In this document: positions 62,627 through 64,000 of the stretch, one piece after another
How positions within the stretch are numbered: position 1 is the first letter of the stretch
Layout of the letters: each line of letters starts with the position of its first letter
Sequence record: NC_055708.1
Origin: Enterobacteria phage ATK47
Reading direction: 5' to 3' (one strand)
Length of the DNA stretch: 64,000 bases
Notes under the pieces: generated by a model
Told to the model about the DNA's origin: nothing
What the model saw: only the letters and a program-made list of their open reading frames with translations
The model's database searches: none
Translations under genes and position numbers: made by a program

Positions 62627-64000
62627 ATGATTAAAAATGAAATTAAGGTATTGTCAGATGTAGAACATATTAAGAAACGTAGTGGCATGTATATTGGTTC
62701 TTCTGCTAAAGAAGCCCACGAGCGTTTTTTGTTTGGTAAATATCAACAAGTTGAATATGTTCCTGGTCTGGTTAAATTAATCGATGAGATTATTGACAAC
62801 TCGGTTGATGAAGCTATTCGTACATCATTTAAGTTTGCAAATAAAATTGATGTGCAAATTAAAAATAATCAAGTTTCGGTGGAAGATAACGGACGTGGTA
62901 TTCCTCAAGGTTTAGTTACCGACCAAACGGGTGAACAAATTCCTGGTCCTGTAGCAGCCTGGACTATTCCAAAGGCCGGTGGTAACTTTGGTGATGATTC
63001 TGAACGCAAGACTGGTGGTATGAACGGCGTCGGGAGTAGTTTAACTAATATCTTCTCTACGTTGTTTACAGGCATCACGTCAGATGGCGAAAATGAAATC
63101 ACTGTTAACTGTTCAAACGGAATGGAAAACAAATCATGGTCTTCTAAGAAATCTAAAGGTAAAGGCACTAAAGTAATCTTCACTCCTGATTTCTCTTCAT
63201 TTGAAGAGCATAATTTATCTCAAATTTATTTAGATATTACTTTAGACCGACTTCAAACATTGGCAGTCGTTTATCCTGATATCAAGTTCACATTTAATGG
63301 TAAAAAGGTCGATGGTAATTTTAAACGATTTGCTAAACAATTTGGTGAAGATAACATCATTCAAGAAAATGATAAAGTCTCTATAGCATTCACAACATCA
63401 CCAGATGGCTTCCGTCATTTAACTTATGTGAATAACATCCATACTAAAAATGGTGGTCATCATGTTGAATGTGTAATGGATGATATCTGCGAACATCTTT
63501 TGCCGGGTATTAAAAAGAAATATAAGGGTATTGAAGTCACTAAAGCTCGTGTTAAAGAATGCCTCACAATGTTGATGTTTATTAGAGACATGAGCAACAT
63601 GCGTTTTGATTCTCAGACTAAAGAACGTTTAACGTCAACATATGGTGATATTCGTAATCATATCCAATTAGATGCTAAGAAAATTGCTCAAGCACTTCTT
63701 AAAAACGAAGCCTTGATTATGCCTATTGTTGAAGCAGCATTAGCTCGTAAATTGGCAGCAGAAAAGGCTGCAGAAACTAAAGCAGCTAAAAAGGCAACTA
63801 AAGCTAAGGTTCATAAGCATATTAAAGCTAACCAATGTGGTAAAGATGCAGATACGACATTGTTCTTAACAGAAGGTGATTCGGCAATTGGATATCTCAT
63901 TGATGTTCGTGACCGTGAACTACATGGTGGATTCCCATTACGTGGTAAGGTAATGAATAGCTGGGGTATGTCATATGCCGATATGATGAAGAACAAAGAG
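62627..64000 (+). CDS. 39: DNA topoisomerase II large subunit gp39 (partial, continues beyond the window)
   Basis: MIKNEIKVLSDVEHIKKRSGMYIGS... matches T4 gp39 N-terminus as recalled; GHKL ATPase motifs; no stop in window. Confidence 0.95.
   Translation, partial: MIKNEIKVLSDVEHIKKRSGMYIGSSAKEAHERFLFGKYQQVEYVPGLVKLIDEIIDNSVDEAIRTSFKFANKIDVQIKNNQVSVEDNGRGIPQGLVTDQTGEQIPGPVAAWTIPKAGGNFGDDSERKTGGMNGVGSSLTNIFSTLFTGITSDGENEITVNCSNGMENKSWSSKKSKGKGTKVIFTPDFSSFEEHNLSQIYLDITLDRLQTLAVVYPDIKFTFNGKKVDGNFKRFAKQFGEDNIIQENDKVSIAFTTSPDGFRHLTYVNNIHTKNGGHHVECVMDDICEHLLPGIKKKYKGIEVTKARVKECLTMLMFIRDMSNMRFDSQTKERLTSTYGDIRNHIQLDAKKIAQALLKNEALIMPIVEAALARKLAAEKAAETKAAKKATKAKVHKHIKANQCGKDADTTLFLTEGDSAIGYLIDVRDRELHGGFPLRGKVMNSWGMSYADMMKNKE

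Noticed and set aside
1-64000. CRISPR array, integrase, transposase or other classical mobile elements
   Set aside because: No direct-repeat/spacer array and no recombinase- or transposase-like ORF seen; the repeats present are promoter units, not CRISPR repeats.

Overview
This window reads as a contiguous early-gene region of a T4-like (Tevenvirinae) phage, very probably an RB69-group genome, with almost every gene on the + strand. The DNA polymerase N-terminus matches the RB69 gp43 sequence as I recall it. Gene order follows the T4 early map from nudE/e to gene 39 (partial at the 3' end): nudE, e, internal proteins, denV, regB, tk, rI, nrdC, 49, nrdD, nrdG, 55, 47, 46, 45, 44, 62, regA, 43, 42, uvsX, 40, 41, sp, 61, 56, soc, modB/modA-like, dda, dexA, 39. 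Conserved replication and nucleotide-metabolism genes are interleaved with many small lineage-specific ORFs, most preceded by T4-type early promoters (GTTTAC -35, TATAAT-like -10) that are often embedded in hairpins. The main candidate for a novel system is at 37.9-44.4 kb, between gene 43 and uvsX, where T4 has imm and beta-gt: a sugar-nucleotide cassette (SIS isomerase, nucleotidyltransferase-kinase fusion, HAD-like phosphatase, U32-family protein) next to a divergent gp42-like hydroxymethylase. No alpha-gt or beta-gt is present, which suggests a non-glucose, probably pentose, hypermodification of hmC. Other points of interest are a macro-domain protein, a GrcA-like glycyl-radical gene whose 3' part has host-like codon usage, a Pol-beta-type nucleotidyltransferase, a tandem ModB/ModA ADP-ribosyltransferase pair, and several paralogous gene sets. 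All calls come from reading the sequence and recalled T4/RB69 protein sequences; no searches were run, and promoter or hairpin coordinates are approximate to a few bases.
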